This document shows positions 40,181 through 52,079 of a stretch of 64,000 bases of DNA, one piece after another. The first letter of the stretch is position 1. Each line of letters opens with the position of its first letter. Both the position numbers and the translations under genes were made by a program. The notes beneath the pieces are model-generated. The model was not told the DNA's origin, ran no database searches, and saw only the letters and a program-made list of their open reading frames with translations. The DNA is from Intoshia linei (lineage: Eukaryota; Animalia; Orthonectida). The stretch is from the NCBI GenBank assembly GCA_001642005.1, contig LWCA01000002.1, forward strand, positions 62,001 to 126,000. Direction: 5' to 3'.

Positions 40181-41820
40181 ATGGTTTTAATGACTGATTG
40201 CTACAATAACATTAATTTGATACGCGGGCCAGATGGTAGTGTCAACTATAATGTTTCTTCGTTGTATAGACCTTCGTCTATCATTCAACGCAAAAATAAC
40301 ATTTTAGCGGAATATGGAGTATCTGGGAAGAAGAATACTAATCTTCCGTATGTACGAGGTGCCAGGCGAATGCATATCACTACTTTTAGAATGGATCATG
40401 ATTTTTTTCATGGTATTTCACCTAAGCACTATATTACCACAAACAAAATGGTACGTTCATGTATATTTGTAATGATCGTTTGTAAAATATTTAGCTGTAC
40501 TACAATGATCAATATAGAATTTATCAAAAGCCTACTGTTGATAATGCAACACGTAATGATTCCAAAAATATTTATGCAAACTTGAATAATTTGGTAAAAT
40601 TTGAAAAAAAATATCTTTCAGATGTTTATAAATCAACCAACACGACAGAGTTCACCGGCAAAGACAATGAGGATGTAATTTTTTAACATTACTTATAACT
40701 CAGATTATCACATGATTTTACAGTGTACAACAAATTTTTTGGTGAATAATAATTATAATTGTTTTGGATTTTATATTGAAGATTCATAATGAGAAACATT
40801 AATAACTTATAAAACTCCTAAGGATCCATTAATGTCATAAAGTTAAATGATTAACTAGGGTAGAGGTGGAGAAAGTGCGTCATTCTGAATTATTTTTAAA
40901 ATATTTATTTTTGGTAAAATGGGATTTTCAGAAAAATATTGGTAAAAACGGTTTTTTCCTTAATGGTTGGTAAAATCGAGTTTTTTCTTTTGGTCAGGTA
41001 GGGGGATTTTTCAAAAAAAAATATTAGAAAATAGGATTTTTTCCATAAGGGTTAATAATCTAAAATTTTCGTATTCACCCCTAATAATAAATAATAAAAT
41101 ATCTCACCCCTTGAGGTGACCAGTCACTTCATGAGAAGCACTGCTGTATTTGATTACATTTCATTTAGAAAGGTGCGGCCTTCGAACAGTAAATGCTTCC
41201 CCACCTCTGAACTAATGTCTGATTTTTCTTGAAAACACATCGAGATTAAAAAAATGTATTTGAATCAGGCTATCTTAAACAATCAACGTTACTATAATCC
41301 TCAGTTCAGTTTCCTTTAAAGTAGATACTTTTGATTAATAAAATTGATTTTATAACAATTTTATCGCTTTAAAAATAAAAATTGAATCAAAAAGTAGTAA
41401 ATTCATTTTATTTTTTTTATGAAAAAATTTTTCGGTACATTGCCAGCAAGATGTGAAACCTGATTTAAATTTTTAAAGTACATGTATATTAAAATATATA
41501 CATGTATAGTATTTGAAAATTTAATTAATAAAGCTAAATTTCGTTAACAGAGAAATGCAATGATTGAAAAAGCCCAAGAATATAACGATAGAATGAAACG
41601 AGGAAATATAAATTTACATTTTGTAAATTCTAATAATACTAGTCCAACCACTGAAAAATGGACAAATTATAAAAGAAATTATGGAATATTGGGTGCTCTG
41701 ACTTGTGCGAGTAATGCACCTCGAAATGTCAACATTGAAACAAAAAAATTTCACAAAAAAAGTAGAGATCTAGCATTATATAATGAAAGAAGATTACTCA
41801 CGCTACCCCTTATTAGCTGA
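40181..41820 (+). CDS. Uncharacterised protein, 3 exons, possibly a ciliary microtubule inner protein
   Basis: Exons 40181-40450, 40495-40674 and 41551-41820 join in phase 0. Spaced [YH]xTT/ST...F motifs (HITTFRMDH, YITTNKMLY, YKSTNTTEF, WTNYKRNY). Confidence 0.55.
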
Positions 41821-41863
41821 ATGTTAAAAATTTATTTACAAATTTTAAAATCAAGATTTTAAT

Positions 41864-44800
41864 CTATAAGCTAGAACTGTGTAAAGCCAATGTTACTAAT
41901 GCTGCATCTTCTAATGAATTTGTCGCTTCTTTTTCATTCAATAATAATTTTATCTAAATTTTGTTTAATTGTTTATAATAAATATTGTAAATGTTATAAA
42001 TTAGTGATCGACAAACTGGCTCGCGATTTTTTTTAAATTATATAATAATTTGAAAATTAAAAAAAATTAATTATTTACTAATTGAATAAATTTAAATCCT
42101 CACACAGATCAAACTAAACTGATAAACAATTACATGTTTTATAAGTCCCAAGTATTCGTGTCATGAATCCTCAAAGAGTTATACTCTAAATTAAAATATA
42201 ACCTTTTTCATGGTAGGTTCAGATGATTTGCTAAGAGAAAATATACTTTGAGATTCGAGCAATTCACAAGAATAGGCAAAATCAGACAAAACTATAGGAC
42301 GAATTCCTTGTAGTTTGCAAATATTTCGGTATTTTTGATAAATCTAAAAATTTTATTAAATTACTCAAGAAATGATTGCAATTTTAATGCAGAGTAAGAC
42401 TTATCATGCTTAAGGTCCCGAAAATAAAAAATATTTCTCAAACGATGCGCAACTCAATTTTTCCATGGTGAAACAAGTTTGTGAACTACTCCTTTAAAGG
42501 ATTATTAATAGTGAATAGTAGCATTTTTATGTAAGATTTTAGCATTAAATATATTTTTGGGGTAAAATTAAAAAAGTTTGCCCTCGGCAGAGCTAGCTAC
42601 CACTTGTACAAAAATGTTTGTCAGCCCACTTTAAAAAAAATGTTTAGAAAAACTATTATAAAATAGAAAATATTCAATGTTTTCGATACTTATATGATAT
42701 GTATTAAATATTATAATTGGATAGTCTCATGTAATTTAGATTATGTTAAGATAAACAAAAATATATATTATAAATATTAAGAATTAATTTACCTTTGATA
42801 ATGCAATATTTTTAAGTTTTAATTTTCTTGATAGCATGAGATAGGAAGTGATGGCTAATTTTTGTACCAAGGGCAATTTAAGTCTTGAATCACGTAAAAG
42901 TGTATTTTGAGTAGTTTTGTTCAATGTAGACATAATAGCCATGGGTCCAACCGATTTTCGTTTAGAGCAATCTAATAATAAAAATTACAATAATTGTGAA
43001 AATTTCAGAAATTTAAAACGTATGCGTGAATTGAGCTCAGTGGTTTTCAACCTTACTCAGACAGTGTCACCAATACGTAAACTTTAAAATGTTAAACAAA
43101 AACTACATCAAAGTGTAAAATTGTACCAATGAAATGGAACCGATATTTTTAAATGTCAAAATCTAGTACATCACTAGTAATATTGTGTCAGACACGTTGA
43201 AAACCATTCAGTGGTTATAATAACTAAAGACAAACCAAATAATTAATTTTTTCTCAAAATTAGAATAATTTCCAATTGTTAATTTCAAAAATAGGGATTA
43301 TAGACACTTAACTACAATATAACTACCCTAGCCTTTAATTATCAACAAAAATTGAAACACTGTAAAGTATCCATAAATCCTTCAATAGAAGTATCAGATT
43401 CTAACCACATTAATGCATTTGAACAAAGATCTAGAGCGTTTCTGATATCACCAGCAGATGCAGAAATTTTTCTGGCACATAATTCGATTGCAGATTTATC
43501 AATTTTTTCAAATTTTTTAGTCTAAAATTTAAAATACATTAAAAAAGGTTGAGTAACCTTCAAAGTTCAATTTTAGAGATACTCGTAATTTCAAAATTAT
43601 TCATGTTAATTTAGTCTTTTGAACAAAAACTATATTTTAATTACGCTTAAAAATGTCAAACAAGACGGTAACAGAGCCGAACCCTTGGGATTAATTAGAC
43701 TCTTGGGCCTACGTTTTGAAAATTGAGCATTAAAATTTTTTTTTGGAATATTATAACTATTTTGAGGGTGATATTTAAACTGTCAAGTTCAGACCCGTAA
43801 AGAGGTGGTTTGGGTTATATAGCATAATACATCGTTTTTAAACATTTTGATTTTCGGGTGGCTTCGAGCAGGGTAGGTTCGGCCCTGGTTACTAGTTCTG
43901 TCTAAAGTTTTGTAGCATGCTATAATAAGTAGCACCTATTCTATTATAATAGAATACTAATTAGAAATATACCATATAAATTCTATCTACAATAATATCA
44001 TGTATTTGATTGGACGTGTACGGTTTAAATGTGATGCATTCTGCTTCCTGGTTTAAATAAAGATGAATAATGTTTGGTAAAACATCTTGACCAAAATTTA
44101 AAGAATTACAAATTCCTATAATTGCCAAATTATTTACAGAGAGTAACTGAAATATTTTGTACAATTTTTCGTAATTTTTATCTTTTAATTGATCAATTTC
44201 ATCAAAGATTAGGAATCTAAACATATACTTATACAATAGTTTATAAAAAAATTGAAATTATTTTTCTATTCAACTAAGTAAACTTTTTTGAGAAAACACC
44301 GTGGTACCGGGTTACATGTAAATTAGTGACCCCTATATACATATTAAAAAATTTGATTCCTCTATCCATTGTTTAACTTTTGAGCGTTACCGTGTTGGAG
44401 GAAAAATTTCTTGCCACCATATAAAAAATTTTGAAATTATTAAATTAGAATAGTAGACTCCGTGATGATCGGGGCCCTCTCCATGACCTTGTGTAACTTT
44501 GTAAGTTCCCCGGTATTGATATAATATATTCGATATAATTTTAACTTATATAATATGTTACGCGCTTTTTGTATGTGTGTGTGTTCCACTTTATTGAAAT
44601 AACTACCAGTTTTAGAATTTTATAAAGTCCACATCGTTTATTTCAATAACTACCAGTCTTAGAATTTTATAAAGTCCACATTTCAATTACAGTTCTTTCC
44701 GGGACGTATAATAAGATAAATTTCAACCTCCCAATTTCATATCTTACGGGTCAAAAACCCCAGTTGACCCTCTTTTTGAAAATCAAACGCATTGCAGAAT

Positions 44801-45923
44801 TTAAAAAATATTATATATATTAGAGTTCTGCATTACGATCTATATAAAATTGTAGGTTATAGACAGGACGCGAACACGTTTTAAATTGAATGCGGACCGC
44901 GTTGCAGTACTCTACAGTAGTTTGTATGAATAGTTTTATAAACAAAATCTTAAATAATAAATGTTACGTCACATGTTGTTGATCCCTTAGAATATTACAA
45001 ATTTTTGATATGTATGAATCCATTTTCATTGAAGATTGTCTTTCAACTAATACACGTACACGTTTCTTAACTTTTTTCTTGAAATGTTTCATAATAATTT
45101 CAAAAATTTGAGAAATTTTACAATTCTGTAAACAGTTGATATAAATCATTTGGTAGTCATTTTTAAAGTTGGAAAATGCATGTTGAGTTAATATAGTTTT
45201 TCCTGTTCCAGGGTTTCCTTGTAAGGTTAAACAACCACTTTTTGTTTTTAAGCATTTCAATAAAAAAGCTTCAATTTTTAACAGTTCTTGTTCTCTACCA
45301 ATAATCCTTTTTGGACGACATTTTGATAGTGATAATATGATATCACTTAAATCTAAAATTATATAAAACTAGGGTTAGTGTTAATGCAATTAGTATGTTT
45401 TATAACGAGGTTTATTGACTCAGTATGGTATATTTCTAGGTTTCAAATTTAGACTAAAAAAATGTAGTTCATCATGAATGAAATGACAAGTTAGTGTTAA
45501 TCAGCGGTTTCTAAACCTTTTCCGTTTACATTAAAAATATACATTGATTGCTACTGTCATTAATAATTGAATATATTAAGTTAATATATTAGTTAATAAT
45601 TAACTAATATGATGATTTGACAGTTTAAAAAAATAATTTTTTTAATGCTCAAATTGGAACTATGTCCCAGTTTATAAAAATTTCGTAGAGCCCGAAGAGG
45701 GGCCTCCATACAATAGGCTCGAATTTACATATGGACCAATTTGATAGCCAAAGTTTGGTTTGAAAAATACTGGGTTGGAAACACCGGCACATATTATGTA
45801 CTACATAAGTATATAAATAACATATTTTATCATGAATAAAGATAAACTACCTTCTTGATCGTTTTTAATAGGCGATACGGATTTTAAACTAGTTAGGTCT
45901 ATTGTTCTGCGAGTTTGAACCAT
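41864..45923 (-). CDS. CDC6: Cell division control protein 6 (AAA+ replication licensing factor)
   Basis: Exons at about 45923-45851, 45352-44968, 44216-43973, 43521-43364, 42971-42793, 42343-42203 and 41954-41864. Motifs: GREQE, Walker A GNPGTGKT, YINC, Walker B FDEIDQL, IGICNSL, FKPYT, ARKISASAGDIRNALDLC, winged-helix tail. Confidence 0.9.
44597..44681. repeat. Tandem duplication, about 47-bp period, 2 copies
   Basis: aataactaccagt(t/c)ttagaattttataaagtccacat occurs twice. Confidence 0.85.
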
Positions 45924-46068
45924 TTAATTGTATAATTTAATAAATTGAGTCAAAACAAATTTTCATCGGCGCAATTATAAAATTTGCAAAATAATAAAAT
46001 CAACTAATTACCATGGCTGATATTGTGATTTATATTTTTGTTTGTAATTTAAAGATTAGATTCTAAAC

Positions 46069-46721
46069 CAGGGGTCTAGAGTTACTAACATTAAGTTATT
46101 CTCAAGTTGAGATTCAACCCGAATTTTTGAGCGAAGTGTGTTATTTTTTTTGTTATTTAAAAAAATTTTTGGGGTCCTCTTTTACTTTGGGGTCTCTTTT
46201 TTAAAAAATAATGACAGTTTACACACAATTTTTATTGCAAATTTTAAAATAAATATTTTAAATTTTTTATAATAAATATCAAATAGTACATTTCAAATGA
46301 CTTTGATTGAAATAATTAAATTACCCTGAGAAATTTCACTTAACCCTGCGCCCTGAGTTGAATTTGAAAACCCGAAATCTCAGGGGAAAAATGACGCAGT
46401 TGGCAACCCTACAGGGGTCGGCAACCTTTTGCATCTTGTGGGTCACTTTTTTAATAAAAAAATTATATGGGCCCGTTTTTAGAAATGTAGACGTGATAGA
46501 TTTTAATTTTAACTGAAGAGAAAAGTTTCTAGTATATTCAACAAAATAGAATCCGGGACGATCTGAAAATTCAGTATTAAAATGATTGTAATGAGCCAGT
46601 TTAAAACGGTGTTTTAAAGTTTAAAATTTAAAAATGAATAATTTACATATTTACTCAAAGGGCCACCAAAATTATTCTGTCGGCCACTTTTGTCTCGCAG
46701 GCCACTGGTTTCCGATCCCTG
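46069..46721. mobile_element. Nested hAT MITEs
   Basis: Inner element 46077-46411 (TAGAGTTACTAAC...GTTGGCAACCCTA) is flanked by a CAGGGGTC duplication. That 8-mer is the terminus of the outer element, which ends at 46721. Confidence 0.8.
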
Positions 46722-47128
46722 CTTTAAACCATAGTGTCTCAACTGGGGTACATAGCCGTTAGGTAAGTGAAACATTTTATAAATTTGATTTATTAGTTTT
46801 ATTTTTTGTGTGGTGCATTAATTAGAAAGTTTTACAAGATTAAATTAAATTTTGGGGGACTCATTTAATTTTGTTAGATCAGACTGAATTATAATCTATG
46901 ACAAAGACAAAAAACGGATATATAGGTTCCTTATATACAGTAACTGTATATTCATAGTAGCCGTAGAAATAATGTATCGAATCATAGAATACAAGTCATC
47001 AAGAATACAAGATTATTAATTTAATTCCACACCTAGAAACGAAATTGCATTCCAATTTATTAAAATCACGAATAATCGATTTTAATCAACTATCAAGATT
47101 TTTCTCATAAAATAGAAATATACACAAA

Positions 47129-50000
47129 ATGGCAAAAAATGTACATTATTTTAGCGTTTCCTAACCTTTTCACTCAAATCGATGATTAGTATTTCAAAAA
47201 TTATAAAACCAACAATTTGGTTCTTACCAAGGTTAAATAGTACCTGGAATTATGTTAATCCTTCATTTTTTAGTGAATTAATTATATTTTTCTAAAGAAT
47301 AAGAGGCTGAGAAACGCTACATTGCTAACAAAAATATTCTAATAAAATTTACTTTAGATAAATAAAGAAAATTTATTAGAACGTATCAAATATAGTTACA
47401 TTTTAACTAATTTATAGATATAAATATAGCATTCCATTTATTTGACACTTCGGGAGATGGATTCATTAATTCATCAGCAGTTGGGCGTCTTATGCGTTCC
47501 ATAGGGTTGCACCCAACTGAAAAGCATATTTCTGATATTATAGAAAATATTAATCAAAACAGTAATAATAACTATCATACGTTTAAAATATGTTTAATAT
47601 GTTATGAAACGTAAAAAATTTCAGATATTGTCGGGCAACATTACAAATCAATGCATTGTATTATGAATTACTCTATCTTAAAAAAATCACTCTATGAAAA
47701 ACATCAGTATACATCTACAAGTGTTTCCCAGCCTTTTTTGAACAATCGTCCCTTTGACATTATTTTTGAAAAGAACCACTTAATAAAATTTTGTAGTCAT
47801 CTACAACAGTGGTTCTTAACGCTAGGTGATTTTTCTATATTATTTCACAAAATGCATAATCTAAAAAGTATTTTTAAATTAACAATTCCTTCAATTTCTT
47901 CGGTAATAACATACAAAAATATTTTCTAGGGGTCGCTTCTTAAAAAAATTAAGAAACACTATATCGCAGTGTTAGAGTTATAATGTTCTATCTGCATTTT
48001 TGTCAAAAATGAGGTTTTTGGTGAAAAATGTTTTAAATCATATCCTTTAAATTTTTACCAAAAAAATTAAGCCTGAAAACGTATTATTTTATGATATAAG
48101 GAACATTTACTGGTTCAATTACTAAATCTCGACTTGATAATTCCTATTAAAAATAACCTCACAGATTCTAAAAAGAAAGATATTAAAAGTATGTCAAAAT
48201 GGACAATGAGTAAAGAATTTTATAATTTATACATATAAATTGATAAAAATGTTAAATGTTAATAGTTTTTATAGAATAATGTTTTATTTGCAATTTTTTC
48301 AAATCAAATAGTTAGAGCAATGGTTCTCAACCCGTGTTCCGTTATTTAATTGGGGTTCCGTTAAATATTAATGCGATATTTTACAATTTAATGTTTTTCT
48401 AAATTACTGTTGTTGTTAATTTTATATAAATATATTCTTTAATAAAAATTAAATATAATATCTAATATATAAAACCTCTGTAAAAAATATCAGGCCGAAA
48501 TTTCTCATTGAGAAGGAAAAATAAATTTCATTATTAAAAAATTTATGTTTTCAATATTAGAAGCGTCATTTTTTAATTAAAATTGTTTTATATATGCGAC
48601 ATGCGGAAAAAAATTTTGATCATGCTTTTAGGTGCTGCGATTTTTTGAAATTTCATAAGGGTTCCGCGCAGTAAAAAAGGATGAGGAACACTGAGTTTTA
48701 AACTGATTGTTCAATGAGTGAAATTTAAGTTTTGAAAAACACTTGTTTTTATTTTTATCGTACGTAACTTTTCAATATACATACTGTGTCAAATTTTTAG
48801 GCAAATCATATAAAGCTATGTAATACACTCAAGATCTAGCCAAATATTTATTTTTTTTCTTTTATATATATAATAGATTACAATTTTATATATATAAAAA
48901 TATTCCATGACTTCTTAAAAAAGATGATCTAATATTTAAAGCCATAAAACCATAACAATATTTAAAAAACTACTAAAAAAATAAAATAATATTGAATTTA
49001 CGCGTTCGTTAATCAAAAATTCGTTAAATACTAGATATTTAGGCATTTATATAGAAAATAAAATTTCGACATTCGTTAAATGAGATTTTGACTGTATATA
49101 TATATAATAAGGAAAAACGTATAAAGTGGGCAACAACTTACTTAAAAACAAATTTTGAAACAGTGTTGTTCACTGACGAGTGTCGTGCAACGTTAGATGG
49201 ATCATATGGATGGTCAAGAGGTTGGGTACTGAATACTGCTGAAACACCTTCAAGGATGCGTCGACAACAAGGTGGTGAAGGTGTTATGTTTTGGGCATAA
49301 ATCATTGGAAATGAAGTATTAGGACCATTTCATGTTCCCAGTGGTTTAGATTTATCTTTTTAGATCTGCCTAATAAATGGATACAGTGTGTACTTAACAA
49401 ATATTAACAAACTATAGTACAAAGGAAAGGCAATAGTACTTTTAAACTTTAAATTAGATTCATTCAAATAGAACATTATAACTCTAACACTGCGATATAG
49501 TAAATTGTATAAATCTAAAAATGATATTTTTTATATTGAATTATAGAGGGGTGATTCTGAAAAAGGTTTTAAACCACTAATGTACATGAATTTTTCAACA
49601 TTCCAATATGTATTAGTGAAATTTATTGTTTGACCCCTATTCTATAAAACCCTGATTTTTGTATTTATCCAAACACATTAAATGTTTAGATGAAGGCTCA
49701 TGTGACGCAAAGCGCTTATCAGAATTATGCATACAATATATGGATAAACTGGTTGTAACAAAATCAGATTTATTGGCATCATTTCAAATGTTGGACAAGG
49801 AGGGGAATGGTTTAATCTCAAAACAAGATCTGCGCTCATCCCTAATATCAATTGGAGAAGGTTGCAAAGAAGAGGACATTGAAGGAATTTTACACGAAAT
49901 AACTTCTGACGTGGACGGATACATAAAATATAAAGGTAAACATTAAAAAAAAATTTAATCTAAAGTAAATGTTTAGAAATGGTTGATATTTTGTTGTAAT
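47129..50000 (+). CDS. Calmodulin-like / myosin light chain EF-hand protein
   Basis: Exons encode AFHLFDTSGDGFINSSAVGRLMRSIGLHPTE and SFQMLDKEGNGLISKQDLRSSLISIGE...DVDGYIKYKEMVDILL*. First micro-exons are uncertain. Confidence 0.8.
47958..49501. mobile_element. Composite element with a 34-bp perfect inverted repeat, containing a Tc1-like transposase fragment and a nested hAT MITE
   Basis: actatatcgcagtgttagagttataatgttctat at 47958-47991 and its reverse complement at 49468-49501. LFTDECRATLDG...RRQQGGEGVMFWA at 49088-49300. CAATGGTTCTCAACC...GAGGAACACTG at 48318-48693. Confidence 0.8.
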
Positions 50001-50050
50001 TAACAAATTCACTAATAAATAAAATATTTTTACAATTTCCTATAAATTCC

Positions 50051-50643
50051 TTATTTGGTATTTTCAGAATTGCAGTTTGGAAAGGTAACAAGAAGTAGCG
50101 ACAGGTTTTGGTCGTCACCACGAGTAATTATATGTAATATAATGGCAGCTTGAATCGCGAGAACACGATCGTGGCATTTTTCTCCATCAAACATGTCCCA
50201 GTACACGGTATGTTCCCAGAGATGTTTTACAAAGCACACTCGACTTTTGTACATTTTATCTAGGTCAAGTTTAAAAATATCAAAACTTATAAATTATAAA
50301 TCTTACTGCAAACGGGACAAAGTCCAATTCCGTTGATTTTATAATTTTGAATAATTTTAACAATGTGGTTCAAAGTCAAACTTCTTGCAAAAAGCGTCAA
50401 TTTGAGTTTTTTTTCTTTACTTTTAATTTTAATAATTTTTGGGCTAGTTGAGCACTTTTTTACATATTTAATTCGATTCTTTTGATTTTTCCATACAAGT
50501 GGATCCACAATCATTTTTTTGAGGCATTGTGTATTTGATATTTCCATTTTTTTTAGTTTTTGAGAAAATGATTGTATTTTATCGTTGGATTCGCCCACTT
50601 GATTTAAAATTGTGTGGTTTTCTTTAACAGAACAGGTATTCAT
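50051..50643 (-). CDS. Small single-C2H2-finger protein, 2 exons
   Basis: A 47-nt intron at 50306-50260 (gtaaga...ctag) joins the two ORFs into CPVCNKMYKSRVCFVKHLWEH. Confidence 0.7.
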
Positions 50644-50722
50644 ACTCGTAAATAAATTATCGTGAATAAAAATAAAACGTGAAAAAAGGCAATAAAGTTA
50701 TACAATTAACTTTAAATTGAAA

Positions 50723-51937
50723 TTATTTGTATAAATGAGAATCAAAATTATACTTTTTTTCAAGTTGGTAGCAAATTATGTTTAACGCAATTTGAGGATT
50801 TCGAATTAAAATATCAGTATTATCGATAGCGACAGATTTAAACTGTTGACGTATGGAATCAACATTAAAAAATAAAATTATCGGAGTTTGAGAAATATGC
50901 TCCAAATTAAACCCGATGCGATCGAGATAAGCTAAAACATCAGTAAGGTGTTCATTTGGAGGTTTTTCAATGGCAACAAAGTCTTTGCAATTAATTAAAC
51001 TCATTAATCGGTTATTTTTACTGAATAGTTTATACATATGAGAATATGAGGCTGGAATAAAAGTTTGTTCCTTGTTCCTAGGTATATATGCTATCAAACT
51101 GGTGATTTTTAATTTTAATTTATTATATTCATCACTTTTAAATTCTTGGATATATTTAATGTGGGCTCGCTGTAAAGTTTTTGGTTTATATTTTATAATA
51201 TTCAAAACATCCACTTGATTTGAAAGGCTATAACCATAATCATTCATAATTTTAAAGCATTTAAGAATTCTCATTCGATGTTGGCGTATCCTCATCAATT
51301 TAATGCAAGTCTCGTGATCAATAGTTTGTAAAGACACATATTTAATCAGTTGATCATAATATGCTTTTAAAGGGAAAATAGTAGGTTTACGGTAAGATGT
51401 TTGTAGAATGTAAGGCCATTTAAAAAGTAATTCCAAATTATAAAACGAAAATCCCATTTCATCTCTAATAAATTTTAGTCTCCGTTCCAGAGTAAAATAG
51501 TCAAATAATAATATATCTGTATACCCTTCTAAATCAGATTCTTTCCAACAAACAAATGATTGTAATAAAGCCAAATTTTTCAAAATTTTACGGTATATGT
51601 TGACATCCATATCATCCTTTAATTTTGAATCTGATACATGCTTGTAAAATTTATCAGACTTTGCACAGACATGTAAAATGTTTGAATTTGGTAATTTAGA
51701 AATTGTACCACACAACAAACCTATATCATTACCGTTAGGTCTTCCAGCATCCAATTTAAACTTTGGGTAAAATAATCTAAGCAACATGTTTTTGAGAGAA
51801 CCATCTTTTGAAATTGTCGTTCTATAGCTTAGAGTTGGGTCTCTTTTATCACGTATTATTGGTTTGATCATTTTATTTCTGATATTGACAAATTTAAATG
51901 CATTGGAAACTGAATATTCAATTTTAAACGTATTCAT
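50723..51937 (-). CDS. Intronless 404-aa protein, probably mTERF family (mitochondrial)
   Basis: Long ORF with mTERF-like repeats (LKFIRDEMGF...WPYIL, LAYLDRIGFNLEHISQTPIIL) and a C-terminal LNIICYQLEKKYNF. Confidence 0.5.
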   Translation of the reverse strand: MNTFKIEYSVSNAFKFVNIRNKMIKPIIRDKRDPTLSYRTTISKDGSLKNMLLRLFYPKFKLDAGRPNGNDIGLLCGTISKLPNSNILHVCAKSDKFYKHVSDSKLKDDMDVNIYRKILKNLALLQSFVCWKESDLEGYTDILLFDYFTLERRLKFIRDEMGFSFYNLELLFKWPYILQTSYRKPTIFPLKAYYDQLIKYVSLQTIDHETCIKLMRIRQHRMRILKCFKIMNDYGYSLSNQVDVLNIIKYKPKTLQRAHIKYIQEFKSDEYNKLKLKITSLIAYIPRNKEQTFIPASYSHMYKLFSKNNRLMSLINCKDFVAIEKPPNEHLTDVLAYLDRIGFNLEHISQTPIILFFNVDSIRQQFKSVAIDNTDILIRNPQIALNIICYQLEKKYNFDSHLYK

Positions 51938-52079
51938 TTTAAAATTATAATCTGTTGATTTGATTGCTTCAAAATTGGCAGAGTCGCACTTTTAATCCAA
52001 TTCAAGCAATGCTTTATAAATAAACTTTACCTTTATTAACATCGAAATTATTTATTGAATACCGAATTATCGTTGTTAC

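Noticed and set aside
40594-40621. Apparent 28-nt GT-AG intron
   Set aside because: The reading frame runs through it without a stop and keeps the frame needed for the next exon, so it was treated as coding.
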